A stretch of 51,781 nt of DNA from the IMG/VR virus record IMGVR_UViG_3300032050_000030. One strand, written 5' to 3'. Shown here in pieces: positions 38,030-45,965 of the stretch. Source of the stretch: a virus. Its lineage: Duplodnaviria > Heunggongvirae > Uroviricota > Caudoviricetes. Position 1 is the first letter of the stretch. Each line of letters opens with the position of its first letter. The position numbers and the translations under genes are program-made. Under the pieces are notes generated by a model, which worked only from the letters and a program-made list of their open reading frames with translations, ran no database searches and had not been told where the DNA came from.

Positions 38030-38913
38030 AAAACCTAATACTTATTGTATTATTAATTGCTTTACCGTTTTCCTGTCAAAAGGAACCTAGTAGAGTTATT
38101 TATCCTCCAGAAATTTGTAACTTTGGAGAATTGGATAATGCTGTATATCCCAGAGAGGAGTTTGAACTTGCCAGATCTGGATCTGTACGTATAAAAGATT
38201 CAGATAGAGATGGGGTGGCTGATAATATAGATAACTGTCCCAGAAAAGCCAATGCTGACCAAAAGGACAGTGATGGAGATGGTATAGGAGATGTCTGTGA
38301 CAGCTCTCCTTTCTCTGTACCAGTGACAACACAGGGTGTAATTCTTCTAGATTTTGATGGGTATTATTTAAATAGTCCATCCTGGAACAATGGTATTCCT
38401 ATTCAGTGTCAGCCTAGTGGTCTCTATCCAGCAGATGTACAAACAATATTAGATAGTGTATCCAAAGACTACAATAGATTCAATCTTATTGTCACTACAG
38501 ATGAGAACGTATACAATGCTGCCAATAGATATAAAAGAATGAGGATCGTTGTTACAACATCGAGTGAGATATATCCAGGGGTGGCAGGTATAGCATATAG
38601 AGGAAGTATGTTCTGGGGAAGCGAAACTCCAGGATTTGTATTCTCCAACACCATGTCATTTAATCCATTGAGAATCAGAGTGACTGTTTCCCATGAATCT
38701 GGACATACAATAGGCTTACAACATCAGGCCCAATATGACGCAAACTGCAATCTACTATATACATATAAACCATGTGACTACCTATCTGGACCTATAATGG
38801 GATCTATAGGAGGTAATTGTCTTCCTCTCTGGTGGGTGGGACCAACTCCTACAGCATGTACAGATATACAGAATGACAGTGCTATAATTAAGGCTAATGT
38901 AGGGGTAAAATAA
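38026..38913 (+). CDS. Lipoprotein with thrombospondin type-3 repeats and a metzincin protease domain
   Basis: Lipobox-like LPFSC; DSDRDGVADNIDNCP...DSDGDGIGDVCD; HESGHTIGLQH (HExxHxxGxxH) with a downstream PIMG Met-turn. Confidence 0.8.
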   Translation: MKNLILIVLLIALPFSCQKEPSRVIYPPEICNFGELDNAVYPREEFELARSGSVRIKDSDRDGVADNIDNCPRKANADQKDSDGDGIGDVCDSSPFSVPVTTQGVILLDFDGYYLNSPSWNNGIPIQCQPSGLYPADVQTILDSVSKDYNRFNLIVTTDENVYNAANRYKRMRIVVTTSSEIYPGVAGIAYRGSMFWGSETPGFVFSNTMSFNPLRIRVTVSHESGHTIGLQHQAQYDANCNLLYTYKPCDYLSGPIMGSIGGNCLPLWWVGPTPTACTDIQNDSAIIKANVGVK

Positions 38914-38914
38914 A

Positions 38915-38946
38915 TTTGGTGAATTCATAAAAATTACATACATTCG
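38915..38946 (+). promoter_or_regulatory. Variant Bacteroidota-type promoter
   Basis: TTTG, 20 nt, TACATTCG (one mismatch). Confidence 0.5.
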
Positions 38947-38970
38947 CTCCTAAAACCAAAAATTTAGTAT

Positions 38971-39237
38971 ATGGAAATTGTAAAAGACGAACAAACACAG
39001 CAACCCAGCTATGACCCAAACAAGAAGTATACATGGTCACAGGATGATCTATTTGTCGTATCTGGAGGTGAATTTGGTGTATTATTAAACGCTCTTCGTG
39101 CTGTCCTAAACACTCCAGAATCCCAGAGAATCCTTCTAGCTGACAAGGCTAATCAAATTGTTGAACAAGCCCTGGCTAGAGCTGTAGAAAATGGTGTTGT
39201 TAAGGAAGTTCCTGAAGAAGATAAAAGCTCATTATAA
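38971..39237 (+). CDS. Hypothetical protein (88 aa)
   Basis: ORF after the promoter. Confidence 0.6.
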   Translation: MEIVKDEQTQQPSYDPNKKYTWSQDDLFVVSGGEFGVLLNALRAVLNTPESQRILLADKANQIVEQALARAVENGVVKEVPEEDKSSL

Positions 39238-39404
39238 TGGCAAAGGAAATGATCAAACGCAAAGATGGAAGTGTTTCTCAGAGAGGTCTCTGGGATAACT
39301 TGAGAAGCAAAGCTGCTAAAAATAAAGCAACTGGTGCTAAACCTAAGGCTCCTAGTAAAGCCATGTTATCTCAGGAGAAAAAGATCAAAGCTAAAGGAAA
39401 ATGA
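39237..39404 (+). CDS. Small Lys-rich protein (55 aa; not in the ORF track)
   Basis: MAKEMIKRKDGSVSQRGLWDNLRSKAAKNKATGAKPKAPSKAMLSQEKKIKAKGK; coupled at both ends. Confidence 0.7.
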   Translation: MAKEMIKRKDGSVSQRGLWDNLRSKAAKNKATGAKPKAPSKAMLSQEKKIKAKGK

Positions 39405-40024
39405 TATTAGCTATTAGTAGTGAAAGTAAACAAAAATACTTCTCTGAGAAACAAAAAGGAGGAGTTATTTACAAAATTACTAATGGGATAGATGGTAAGT
39501 TTTATATAGGGAGTACAAACAATTTAATAAAAAGGTATTACACCCATGTAAATCATATAAGAACTGGTAAGAATAGTTGTGTAAAACTAATCAGAGCAGT
39601 TAATAAACATGGAGAGAACCACTTTAAGTTTGAGATTGTTTGTGAATGTCCTACTGAAGAGATTCTTAAAACAGAACAAGAATATATTGACAATCTAAAG
39701 CCACACTATAATGTAGCTAAGATTGCTGGTAGTAATCTTGGGATAAAGAGAACTGAAGAAACAAAGCTTAAAAAGTCAGCTTCTCAGAAGGAAAACTGGA
39801 AAGATGAAACCTATAGGACTAAACACCTAGAGAACTTATCAAAGAACTGGAAGGCTGGGGCTAATCATAGAATGGCTAAGCTTACAGAAGAACAGGTCAT
39901 TGAGATTAAGAAACAACTAGCAACTGGTCTTCTTCCTAAACAGGTTGCAGATAGTTTAAAAGTAAGTTATCACTCTGTAAAAGATATCCACAGAGGAAAA
40001 ACTTGGAAACATATTAAAATTTAA
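39401..40024 (+). CDS. Free-standing GIY-YIG homing endonuclease
   Basis: GVIYKITNGIDGKFYIGSTNNLIKR...E...EQEYID...YN. Confidence 0.9.
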   Translation: MILAISSESKQKYFSEKQKGGVIYKITNGIDGKFYIGSTNNLIKRYYTHVNHIRTGKNSCVKLIRAVNKHGENHFKFEIVCECPTEEILKTEQEYIDNLKPHYNVAKIAGSNLGIKRTEETKLKKSASQKENWKDETYRTKHLENLSKNWKAGANHRMAKLTEEQVIEIKKQLATGLLPKQVADSLKVSYHSVKDIHRGKTWKHIKI

Positions 40025-40035
40025 AACCAACAAAC

Positions 40036-40377
40036 ATGAGACATGTAGTAAAAGCATGGGAAAAGTTACCTTTAAACCATGCAGAAAAAGAAAGGAAGTT
40101 TTTTATTGAAATTGACAATGCAGAAGATGTAAAAGGTGTTGCTCCAGTAGTTAAATTTACTATTCAGAGTGACCCTATTAGTGAAGTGGGAGTAAATGGA
40201 TGTCAAGCTGTAGACATGTTAGAATATGTAAAATGTCTATTTGAAAGTCTTAACGAAGCTTTTCCTTGTAGAGAGAATGCTCTTACAATTACTAAGATTG
40301 AAGAAGCAATTCATTGGCAGGAAGCTAGGACTAAAAATAGAATTCTTCGTAATGTTGAAGGTAAAAATGAGGCATAA
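40036..40377 (+). CDS. tad1: Tad1-family anti-defence sponge protein (anti-Thoeris/anti-CBASS signal binding)
   Basis: IQSDPISEVGVNG...FPCRENALTITKIEEAIHWQEARTKNRILRNVEG closely follows the Tad1 pattern as I recall it: FQxGPIxExGVNG...CRENAxAITKLEEAxxWLxKRTxxRxxRGVEG. Confidence 0.8.
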   Translation: MRHVVKAWEKLPLNHAEKERKFFIEIDNAEDVKGVAPVVKFTIQSDPISEVGVNGCQAVDMLEYVKCLFESLNEAFPCRENALTITKIEEAIHWQEARTKNRILRNVEGKNEA

Positions 40378-40470
40378 ATGAAACGTGCTAACAAAGGCTC
40401 AGGTAAGAAACCTACAGCTCAAATGCTCAAGCAAGAGCGTAAAATTAAGGCTGCTTCCAAGAAGAAATGA
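40378..40470 (+). CDS. 30-aa Lys-rich peptide or relic 3' half of the 39237 gene (not in the ORF track)
   Basis: MKRANKGSGKKPTAQMLKQERKIKAASKKK; aligns with KAPSKAMLSQEKKIKA of 39237. Confidence 0.45.
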   Translation: MKRANKGSGKKPTAQMLKQERKIKAASKKK

Positions 40471-40546
40471 AATTCTGTGGCATCCATATAATAGAATTAG
40501 ATAAAGACGGATTATGTTCAATTTGTTTGATAGAATCACAGAAGTA

Positions 40547-40903
40547 ATGGCAACAATCAAGAAATACTTGACAACTGCTCCCAGGATGCGTAATGTTACA
40601 CCTGTTCCTAATGGTCCATTGGTTAAGAAATCAGGTCCTGAGAAAGGATCTACACTTAAATCTGGTGGTAAGGTAAAGGTGAAAGCTGGTGGTGAAGACC
40701 ACGTAGTTTATAAAGCTTCCAAAAAGAGTAGTAAAGCTAACAAAGGAGACATAGTTGTAAACCATCCTACCAAAGACAAGGGTAAATGGGACACCATCAA
40801 CCTTACAAAGAAGGCTAAATCTAAAACCGTAAAAGAGGGTGTAGCTGCTACAAAGAAATGGCACAAAGACAATCCTGATTATAAATACAAAAAGTCTAAA
40901 TAA
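40547..40903 (+). CDS. Basic protein (MATIKK...KSGGK)
   Basis: Lys-rich; ATG 40547 preferred over 40514 by analogy with sibling starts. Confidence 0.65.
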   Translation: MATIKKYLTTAPRMRNVTPVPNGPLVKKSGPEKGSTLKSGGKVKVKAGGEDHVVYKASKKSSKANKGDIVVNHPTKDKGKWDTINLTKKAKSKTVKEGVAATKKWHKDNPDYKYKKSK

Positions 40904-41040
40904 TGGCAAAAGCAAGCAAAGCTAAAAACATCTCAGCAGGTGTTGGTGGCAAAGGAAAGAAAGCTCCTATGGTAGATCCTAAAGGTGCTTGGACTAAGGT
41001 TCAGCAAAGAACTATTGGTAGCAAGAGTAAAAAGAAATAA
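40903..41040 (+). CDS. Small Lys-rich protein (45 aa; not in the ORF track)
   Basis: MAKASKAKNISAGVGGKGKKAPMVDPKGAWTKVQQRTIGSKSKKK. Confidence 0.65.
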   Translation: MAKASKAKNISAGVGGKGKKAPMVDPKGAWTKVQQRTIGSKSKKK

Positions 41041-41042
41041 CC

Positions 41043-41198
41043 ATGGCAGAGAAGTGGATACAGAAGGCTACAGCCTCTATTAAGCGTAGAGGAACAGAAG
41101 GTAAATGCACTCCTATCACCAAACCTGGATGCACTGGTAGAGCTAAAGCTCTTGCCAAAACCTTCAAGAAAATGGCTAAAGCTCGTAAGGGTAAATGA
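41043..41198 (+). CDS. Small basic protein (51 aa; not in the ORF track)
   Basis: MAEKWIQKATASIKRRGTEGKCTPITKPGCTGRAKALAKTFKKMAKARKGK. Confidence 0.65.
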   Translation: MAEKWIQKATASIKRRGTEGKCTPITKPGCTGRAKALAKTFKKMAKARKGK

Positions 41199-41398
41199 TA
41201 ATATTTGAACCATCAAACCGTGTGGAAGTTAGTACACCAAAAGGTGATGGTATTATCTGGCTAGTTACAGATTATGGTCATGAAACTAACACAATATATA
41301 CAGTGATTATAAATGACACTGGTGAAATGTGGCAGCTTAGACATAAAGATATCATTGTAAAGAACAATATAACATTTGGTAGAAATGGCAACGGTTAA
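41195..41398 (+). CDS. Hypothetical beta-rich protein (67 aa)
   Basis: ATGA-coupled; not basic. Confidence 0.6.
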   Translation: MIIFEPSNRVEVSTPKGDGIIWLVTDYGHETNTIYTVIINDTGEMWQLRHKDIIVKNNITFGRNGNG

Positions 41399-41696
41399 AA
41401 AGGTAATGAAATCTGGTGGTAAAACACCAGCTTGGCAAAGATCAGAAGGCAAGAACCCTGAAGGGGGCTTGAATGCTAAAGGTGTAGCAAGCTATAGAGC
41501 TGCTAATCCAGGATCTAAACTTAAAACTGCTGTCACCACCAAACCTTCTAAGTTAAAGAAAGGTAGCAAAGCTGCTAAAAGGCGTAAATCATTTTGTGCT
41601 AGGATGTCTGGAATGAAGAAAAGATTAACATCTGCCAAAACTGCCAACGATCCAAATAGCAGGATTAATAAAAGTTTGAGGAAGTGGAACTGTTGA
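41385..41696 (+). CDS. Basic phage protein (DUF6321-like)
   Basis: PAWQRSEGKNPEGGLNAKG...RRKSFCARMSG...SRINKSLRKWNC. Confidence 0.65.
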   Translation: MATVKKVMKSGGKTPAWQRSEGKNPEGGLNAKGVASYRAANPGSKLKTAVTTKPSKLKKGSKAAKRRKSFCARMSGMKKRLTSAKTANDPNSRINKSLRKWNC

Positions 41697-42130
41697 GTGT
41701 AAAAAGAGACTGGGGTAGAGTTCCAAAAGCTCCTGATGAAGCAGGTAGATATAAATGTAGCAAGTGTAAAGAATGGAAAGATCCTTCTGAGTTTAATAAG
41801 AATACTAAGCAGAAGACTGGATTAAGTTATGCTTGTAGAGAATGTATGAGAGTGGCTACCAGAAAATGGAATCTACCTGCAAAATATAACATCACATCAG
41901 AGAGATTTGACGAGATGTTAAAAGAACAAGATTACAAATGTGCATGTTGTGGGGTAAAACTTGATGAAACAGGCAAACAACATAATAGAGCACATATAGA
42001 TCACAATCACATTACTGGAGAGGTTAGGGAAATTCTCTGTGGAAATTGTAACCTAGCTGCTGGTAAGGTAAAAGATAGTTCAGAAATAGCTAGAAAACTA
42101 GCTGATTATTTAAAAAAATGGAATTGTTGA
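41684..42130 (+). CDS. Endonuclease VII-family homing endonuclease with N-terminal Zn finger
   Basis: CSKCKEWK...CREC; QDYKCACC...HIDHNHITGEVREILCGNCNLAAG. Confidence 0.85.
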   Translation: MELLSVKRDWGRVPKAPDEAGRYKCSKCKEWKDPSEFNKNTKQKTGLSYACRECMRVATRKWNLPAKYNITSERFDEMLKEQDYKCACCGVKLDETGKQHNRAHIDHNHITGEVREILCGNCNLAAGKVKDSSEIARKLADYLKKWNC

Positions 42131-42131
42131 T

Positions 42132-42518
42132 ATGAAAAAGACTATTAAGAAAGTAAGAAAGTATGGTGAAGGTGGTGATGTTCCCTGCCCTCCAGGTGGT
42201 GGTGGAAAATGCAGACCCATGGGTGGCATACGTTTAGGGGGTTATAAGAGTGAATCTTATAAACCAGGTAAGGTTCCTAGAATGAGTAAAAAGGAAGAAG
42301 CTGAAGCAGAGAAAACCTATAGGGTGGAACAGAGACTCAAAACTTCTGGTAAAAGAACAGAACCACATTCAACAGCTCCTGGTGTAAGAGATATGAAAAA
42401 AGGCACTCAAGACTTCTTTGGTCGTGATAGGCGTGAAACTGAGGCCAAACATGGCAAGAAGGTGATGAAGAAAGCTAAGATGGGTAAGAAGGTGGTTAAA
42501 AAATCTAAAAAGAAATAA
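42132..42518 (+). CDS. Basic protein
   Basis: Lys-rich termini; KYGEGG, AKHGKK, AKMGKK. Confidence 0.65.
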   Translation: MKKTIKKVRKYGEGGDVPCPPGGGGKCRPMGGIRLGGYKSESYKPGKVPRMSKKEEAEAEKTYRVEQRLKTSGKRTEPHSTAPGVRDMKKGTQDFFGRDRRETEAKHGKKVMKKAKMGKKVVKKSKKK

Positions 42519-42520
42519 TC

Positions 42521-43033
42521 ATGCCAACTGTTAAAAAAATTAAGAAAGCTCAAGACGGTACAGTTAAACCCACTTATAAGAATCTAAGAATGGGCGTAGC
42601 TAATAAAAGAATAGCTGAAGGAAACTATCCTAAAGATGGTTATGGTGCTTCTAAAGAGGATAGTGCAGCATATAGATTTGGATTTAGCAGAGGTTTGAAA
42701 GGAGAAAAAGAATATCCTGGTGAAGGACCTCTTCAAAAAATGGGAAGATGGGAAGGACAAAATGTTAATAAAAAGAAAAAAACTATGAAAAGTGGTGGTA
42801 AATTAAAAGCTGTAAATTCTTCTAAGAACCCTGGACTTGCTAAACTTCCTAAGCCTGTTAGAAACAAGATGGGTTATCAGAAAGATGGTGGTAAATCATT
42901 CCCTGATTTGACAGGTGATGGTAAAGTGACTAAAGCTGACATTCTTAAAGGACGTGGTGTTATTAAGAATGGTGGCAAAATGAAAGCCAAGGGTGGAATG
43001 AAAATAGGTAAATGTAAATACGGTTGTAAATAA
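42521..43033 (+). CDS. Basic protein with several KxGG motifs
   Basis: KSGGK, KDGGK, KNGGK, AKGGM; FPDLTGDGKVTKADILKGRG (EF-hand-like loop). Confidence 0.65.
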   Translation: MPTVKKIKKAQDGTVKPTYKNLRMGVANKRIAEGNYPKDGYGASKEDSAAYRFGFSRGLKGEKEYPGEGPLQKMGRWEGQNVNKKKKTMKSGGKLKAVNSSKNPGLAKLPKPVRNKMGYQKDGGKSFPDLTGDGKVTKADILKGRGVIKNGGKMKAKGGMKIGKCKYGCK

Positions 43034-43170
43034 TGAAATCAGGTAAACCTAAGAAGGCTCCTAAGGTGCACAACCCTAGGCCCAAAGACAATTATATGAA
43101 AGAAGCTGATACAAAGCTTAGGCTAAAGAGTCCTCAATGGCCCATGAAACAGAAGCGTCTTTCCAAATAA
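43033..43170 (+). CDS. Small Lys-rich protein (45 aa; not in the ORF track)
   Basis: MKSGKPKKAPKVHNPRPKDNYMKEADTKLRLKSPQWPMKQKRLSK. Confidence 0.65.
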   Translation: MKSGKPKKAPKVHNPRPKDNYMKEADTKLRLKSPQWPMKQKRLSK

Positions 43171-43201
43171 AAAAGAAGCCCTCAATTAGAGGGCTTTTTT
43201 A
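43171..43201. terminator. Bidirectional intrinsic terminator
   Basis: aaaag-aagccctc-aatta-gagggctt-tttt at the main convergence point. Confidence 0.8.
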
Positions 43202-43727
43202 TTCCCCAGAAATATAGATCTTTTGAGGATGTGTTCACTTTAAATTCGTATTCTGAAAATATATCATCTACATTAATAGCATCTCTTACATCCTTCTCTG
43301 TTAGATTCTTATAATAATCTGCCCAATCATCTTTTAAAAGAGGAGCACTCCCTCTGTCATGGGTTCTTGTTCCATGTTCTGGTCTACCTGTTGTAGCACA
43401 TGTAAACAGAAACATTCCTCCAGGGCGTAACATTCTCACTATATTCATTAATGTTTTTCCATAGAACATGTCATGTTCAAAACACTCTGTTGATATAATT
43501 GTATCAAAAGATTGATCAGGAGCATCAAACTCATGACCTTTAGAAACCACATTTACATTTGGTCCCTCATCTATATCTATTCCAGTGTAGGATGATTCAG
43601 AGAATAACCACTTGTTATTACCGTTTACATCGAGCGATCCTACATCCAGCACCTTTACATTGTTGAAACTAGAGGGATGTTTTTCTGATACGTATTTACA
43701 AAAATCTTTTTGTTCTTGATGTGCCAT
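43182..43727 (-). CDS. Class I SAM-dependent methyltransferase
   Basis: VLDVGSLDVNG, GIDI, FDTIISTECFEHD, LRPGG. Confidence 0.85.
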   Translation of the reverse strand: MAHQEQKDFCKYVSEKHPSSFNNVKVLDVGSLDVNGNNKWLFSESSYTGIDIDEGPNVNVVSKGHEFDAPDQSFDTIISTECFEHDMFYGKTLMNIVRMLRPGGMFLFTCATTGRPEHGTRTHDRGSAPLLKDDWADYYKNLTEKDVRDAINVDDIFSEYEFKVNTSSKDLYFWGIKKPSN

Positions 43728-43732
43728 GGTAG

Positions 43733-44302
43733 TTAATTATGAACGAATAACACTTTATTTATTTTTACTATTCGTTGTTCTGGAAACTTTTGTTTAAAAT
43801 GCTCTACAAACCAACCGTCAGCAGCAAAATCTGTTCCCAGTTTGATTTGTTGAGCTAGATCTCTGTGTGTAGCAAATGCACCCATATCAATCTGTCCTCC
43901 TGCTGGTACACATTTAAAATATGTATATCCATAATGAGAATGCACCATATCCCAATACACCATTCCCACCTTCACCTCACATAGAGGTCTGATTTCTGCT
44001 ACAAAATTAGGAGTGTAATAGTTGTCATCACCAGTCATGATGATGTATTCAGCTGTGCTCATTTGCTTACCGATCTCCCTGGGTGTATGTCCCCAATCAT
44101 TATATCTCTTATCTGTAACTGTATGTCTTATTCTGGGATCGTTAAATCTATTGATAATTCCCAATATTTCATCTAGATGGTCTGTACCATCAATAATAAC
44201 ATTAGCTCCCCAGTGCCCATCGGTTTGGGCAACTAGGGATGCTAACATGCATGCAAGAGGAGCAGGTCTATGATAAGTTGGAATTATAAACTCTACTAAC
44301 AT
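43733..44302 (-). CDS. GT2-family glycosyltransferase
   Basis: FIIPTYHR, VIIDG, YIIMTGDDNYY, IDMG. Confidence 0.8.
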   Translation of the reverse strand: MLVEFIIPTYHRPAPLACMLASLVAQTDGHWGANVIIDGTDHLDEILGIINRFNDPRIRHTVTDKRYNDWGHTPREIGKQMSTAEYIIMTGDDNYYTPNFVAEIRPLCEVKVGMVYWDMVHSHYGYTYFKCVPAGGQIDMGAFATHRDLAQQIKLGTDFAADGWFVEHFKQKFPEQRIVKINKVLFVHN

Positions 44303-45035
44303 ATTCTTTGAATAGTTTTACGTAATCTTGTTGCCACCTTGGTTTTAATTGCACTTCTCCTGTAGGAATCTTTCCTTTAGATCTGAGAAGTTCTACATGA
44401 GCAGAGTGTCTTTGTATAACATTTGGTCTTGTTTCATTATCTGTACCCATACCACTCATATGGTAACCACGTCCTCCCCACATATAAAACCAGCTAGCCT
44501 CATCATTAGGTGGACTAGCAAACAGTCTTCCACCATTATTGTACATTCTTTCTACAAAGGTCATATCATATCCAGCATTCTCAATTGGATGACCACCAAT
44601 AGCTTCCCAAGCAGATTTTCTGAACACTATCCCTGAGTTACCTATCCATGTAATACCTGTAATATTAGGATGGTTATAGAACACACCAGGATTCCAATGT
44701 AGTATATTTACATCATCTGTAAAATACTTGGCTACATTCTTTAAATGCCAAGGCATAGCTACATCATCATCATCCCACTGACATATAATTTCTCCTTTAC
44801 ACTGAACTGTGGCAAAGTTTTCCTTATCTCCAATAGTAGGAAAGGTTTCATCTAGGTTGAATATTCTCACCTGAGGATGATCAAATATGAGCTTTTGCAT
44901 GGGGTAGTCATTGACTATCACCAGCTCACACTTATCAGCTGGATAGTCCTGTAACAGGAAAGAGTTCAAGGATTCCTCCAAGAACTCCACCCTGCCATAG
45001 GTAATCATTTTACATGATATAAATGGATATTCCAT
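44268..45035 (-). CDS. GT2-family glycosyltransferase
   Basis: SCKMITYGR, ELVIVND, IGDKEN, GEIICQWDDDD. Confidence 0.8.
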   Translation of the reverse strand: MEYPFISCKMITYGRVEFLEESLNSFLLQDYPADKCELVIVNDYPMQKLIFDHPQVRIFNLDETFPTIGDKENFATVQCKGEIICQWDDDDVAMPWHLKNVAKYFTDDVNILHWNPGVFYNHPNITGITWIGNSGIVFRKSAWEAIGGHPIENAGYDMTFVERMYNNGGRLFASPPNDEASWFYMWGGRGYHMSGMGTDNETRPNVIQRHSAHVELLRSKGKIPTGEVQLKPRWQQDYVKLFKEYVSRVYNSNLS

Positions 45036-45337
45036 TATCCAATGCTTGTAAGTTCGAAGAAACGTTGTGCATCTTCTGGTTCCAGATAAATCTCAGATTG
45101 AAATGTGTTCTTCTGACGCTTCATTCCTTTCACCTTGTTGGTTCTAGGATCTACATCTGGAACTTCTTGAGCTCTCTCATGTAAATCATCTAGAAGGATA
45201 AGCACTCTACCATCTTCAATAGTGAGAGATCTAACAACCTTCTCCATATTAAAGCTGTCCCTGAACTCATTGTACACAGGATTCTCTGGTGTGCCCGATT
45301 TTAATTCTTTTCTTGTGTAGAAAAACTGATTCTTCAT
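45035..45337 (-). CDS. Hypothetical protein (100 aa)
   Basis: Coupled ORF. Confidence 0.6.
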   Translation of the reverse strand: MKNQFFYTRKELKSGTPENPVYNEFRDSFNMEKVVRSLTIEDGRVLILLDDLHERAQEVPDVDPRTNKVKGMKRQKNTFQSEIYLEPEDAQRFFELTSIG

Positions 45338-45738
45338 TGTATTTCGTATTTGATTTTTAATTTATCACGCCTTCTGTTAATTTCTGGATATTTGTACATA
45401 TCTCTTTCAACATTATCGTGCTCTTCCAATGTCAAAAGTATGATATTTTCTTCATCCAGAGCTGCCTGAGGATATTTTTCTTTTGGAAGAATATGATGAA
45501 AGAACACTGTCAGAGGCTCTTTACCCAAATAATCCATGCTCACCTGTGAATAATGTAGCCTTTTTCTCCAAATTTGTAAGAAAAACTCCTGCATTTCGGA
45601 AATTTGTCGAATTACCTCTTCAGATTTGTCAAGTTTTTTGCTCAATAAACTTGACTTTTTAGCCATTTGTTTTCTAGGTTTGTGCTTAAAACAATAATCT
45701 CCCTCACAATTGTGACTACAAGTTTTACATTTATTCAT
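45334..45738 (-). CDS. HNH-like nuclease with N-terminal Cys/His finger
   Basis: CKTC...C...YCFKH; FHHILPK...ENIILL...EEH. Confidence 0.55.
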   Translation of the reverse strand: MNKCKTCSHNCEGDYCFKHKPRKQMAKKSSLLSKKLDKSEEVIRQISEMQEFFLQIWRKRLHYSQVSMDYLGKEPLTVFFHHILPKEKYPQAALDEENIILLTLEEHDNVERDMYKYPEINRRRDKLKIKYEIQ

Positions 45739-45965
45739 TTCACCTTGTTGTAAGTTTTGAATTTAGATTTAGTGTTGTACATGTCAATTAAGAAGTTAAT
45801 CTTCTCCTTCCACTCACTCACTTGTTTCTTCTTTCTCTTGTCCAGTTTCTCTCCCTGCTCAAATAAACTCTCTATTTCTTCATGTAGTTCAGGTAGGCTG
45901 AGATATTGTTTATTGAATAAATTGAGTTCATCTTCCTCAATGTCAAGGATAATTTTACTCTTCAT
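45735..45965 (-). CDS. Hypothetical protein (76 aa)
   Basis: Overlapping operon ORF. Confidence 0.55.
   Translation of the reverse strand: MKSKIILDIEEDELNLFNKQYLSLPELHEEIESLFEQGEKLDKRKKKQVSEWKEKINFLIDMYNTKSKFKTYNKVK

Noticed and set aside
40471-40546. Gap with a short inverted repeat (aattct...agaatt) as possible ncRNA or promoter
   Set aside because: Stem too short and AT-rich; no TAnnTTTG match; nothing further to support it.
32336-43170. Eukaryotic giant-virus origin suggested by plant-like GT, LRRs and basic proteins
   Set aside because: Bacteroidota promoters, recA, holin/GH19 lysis genes, TAATG coupling and a crAss-type RNAP point to a bacteriophage.
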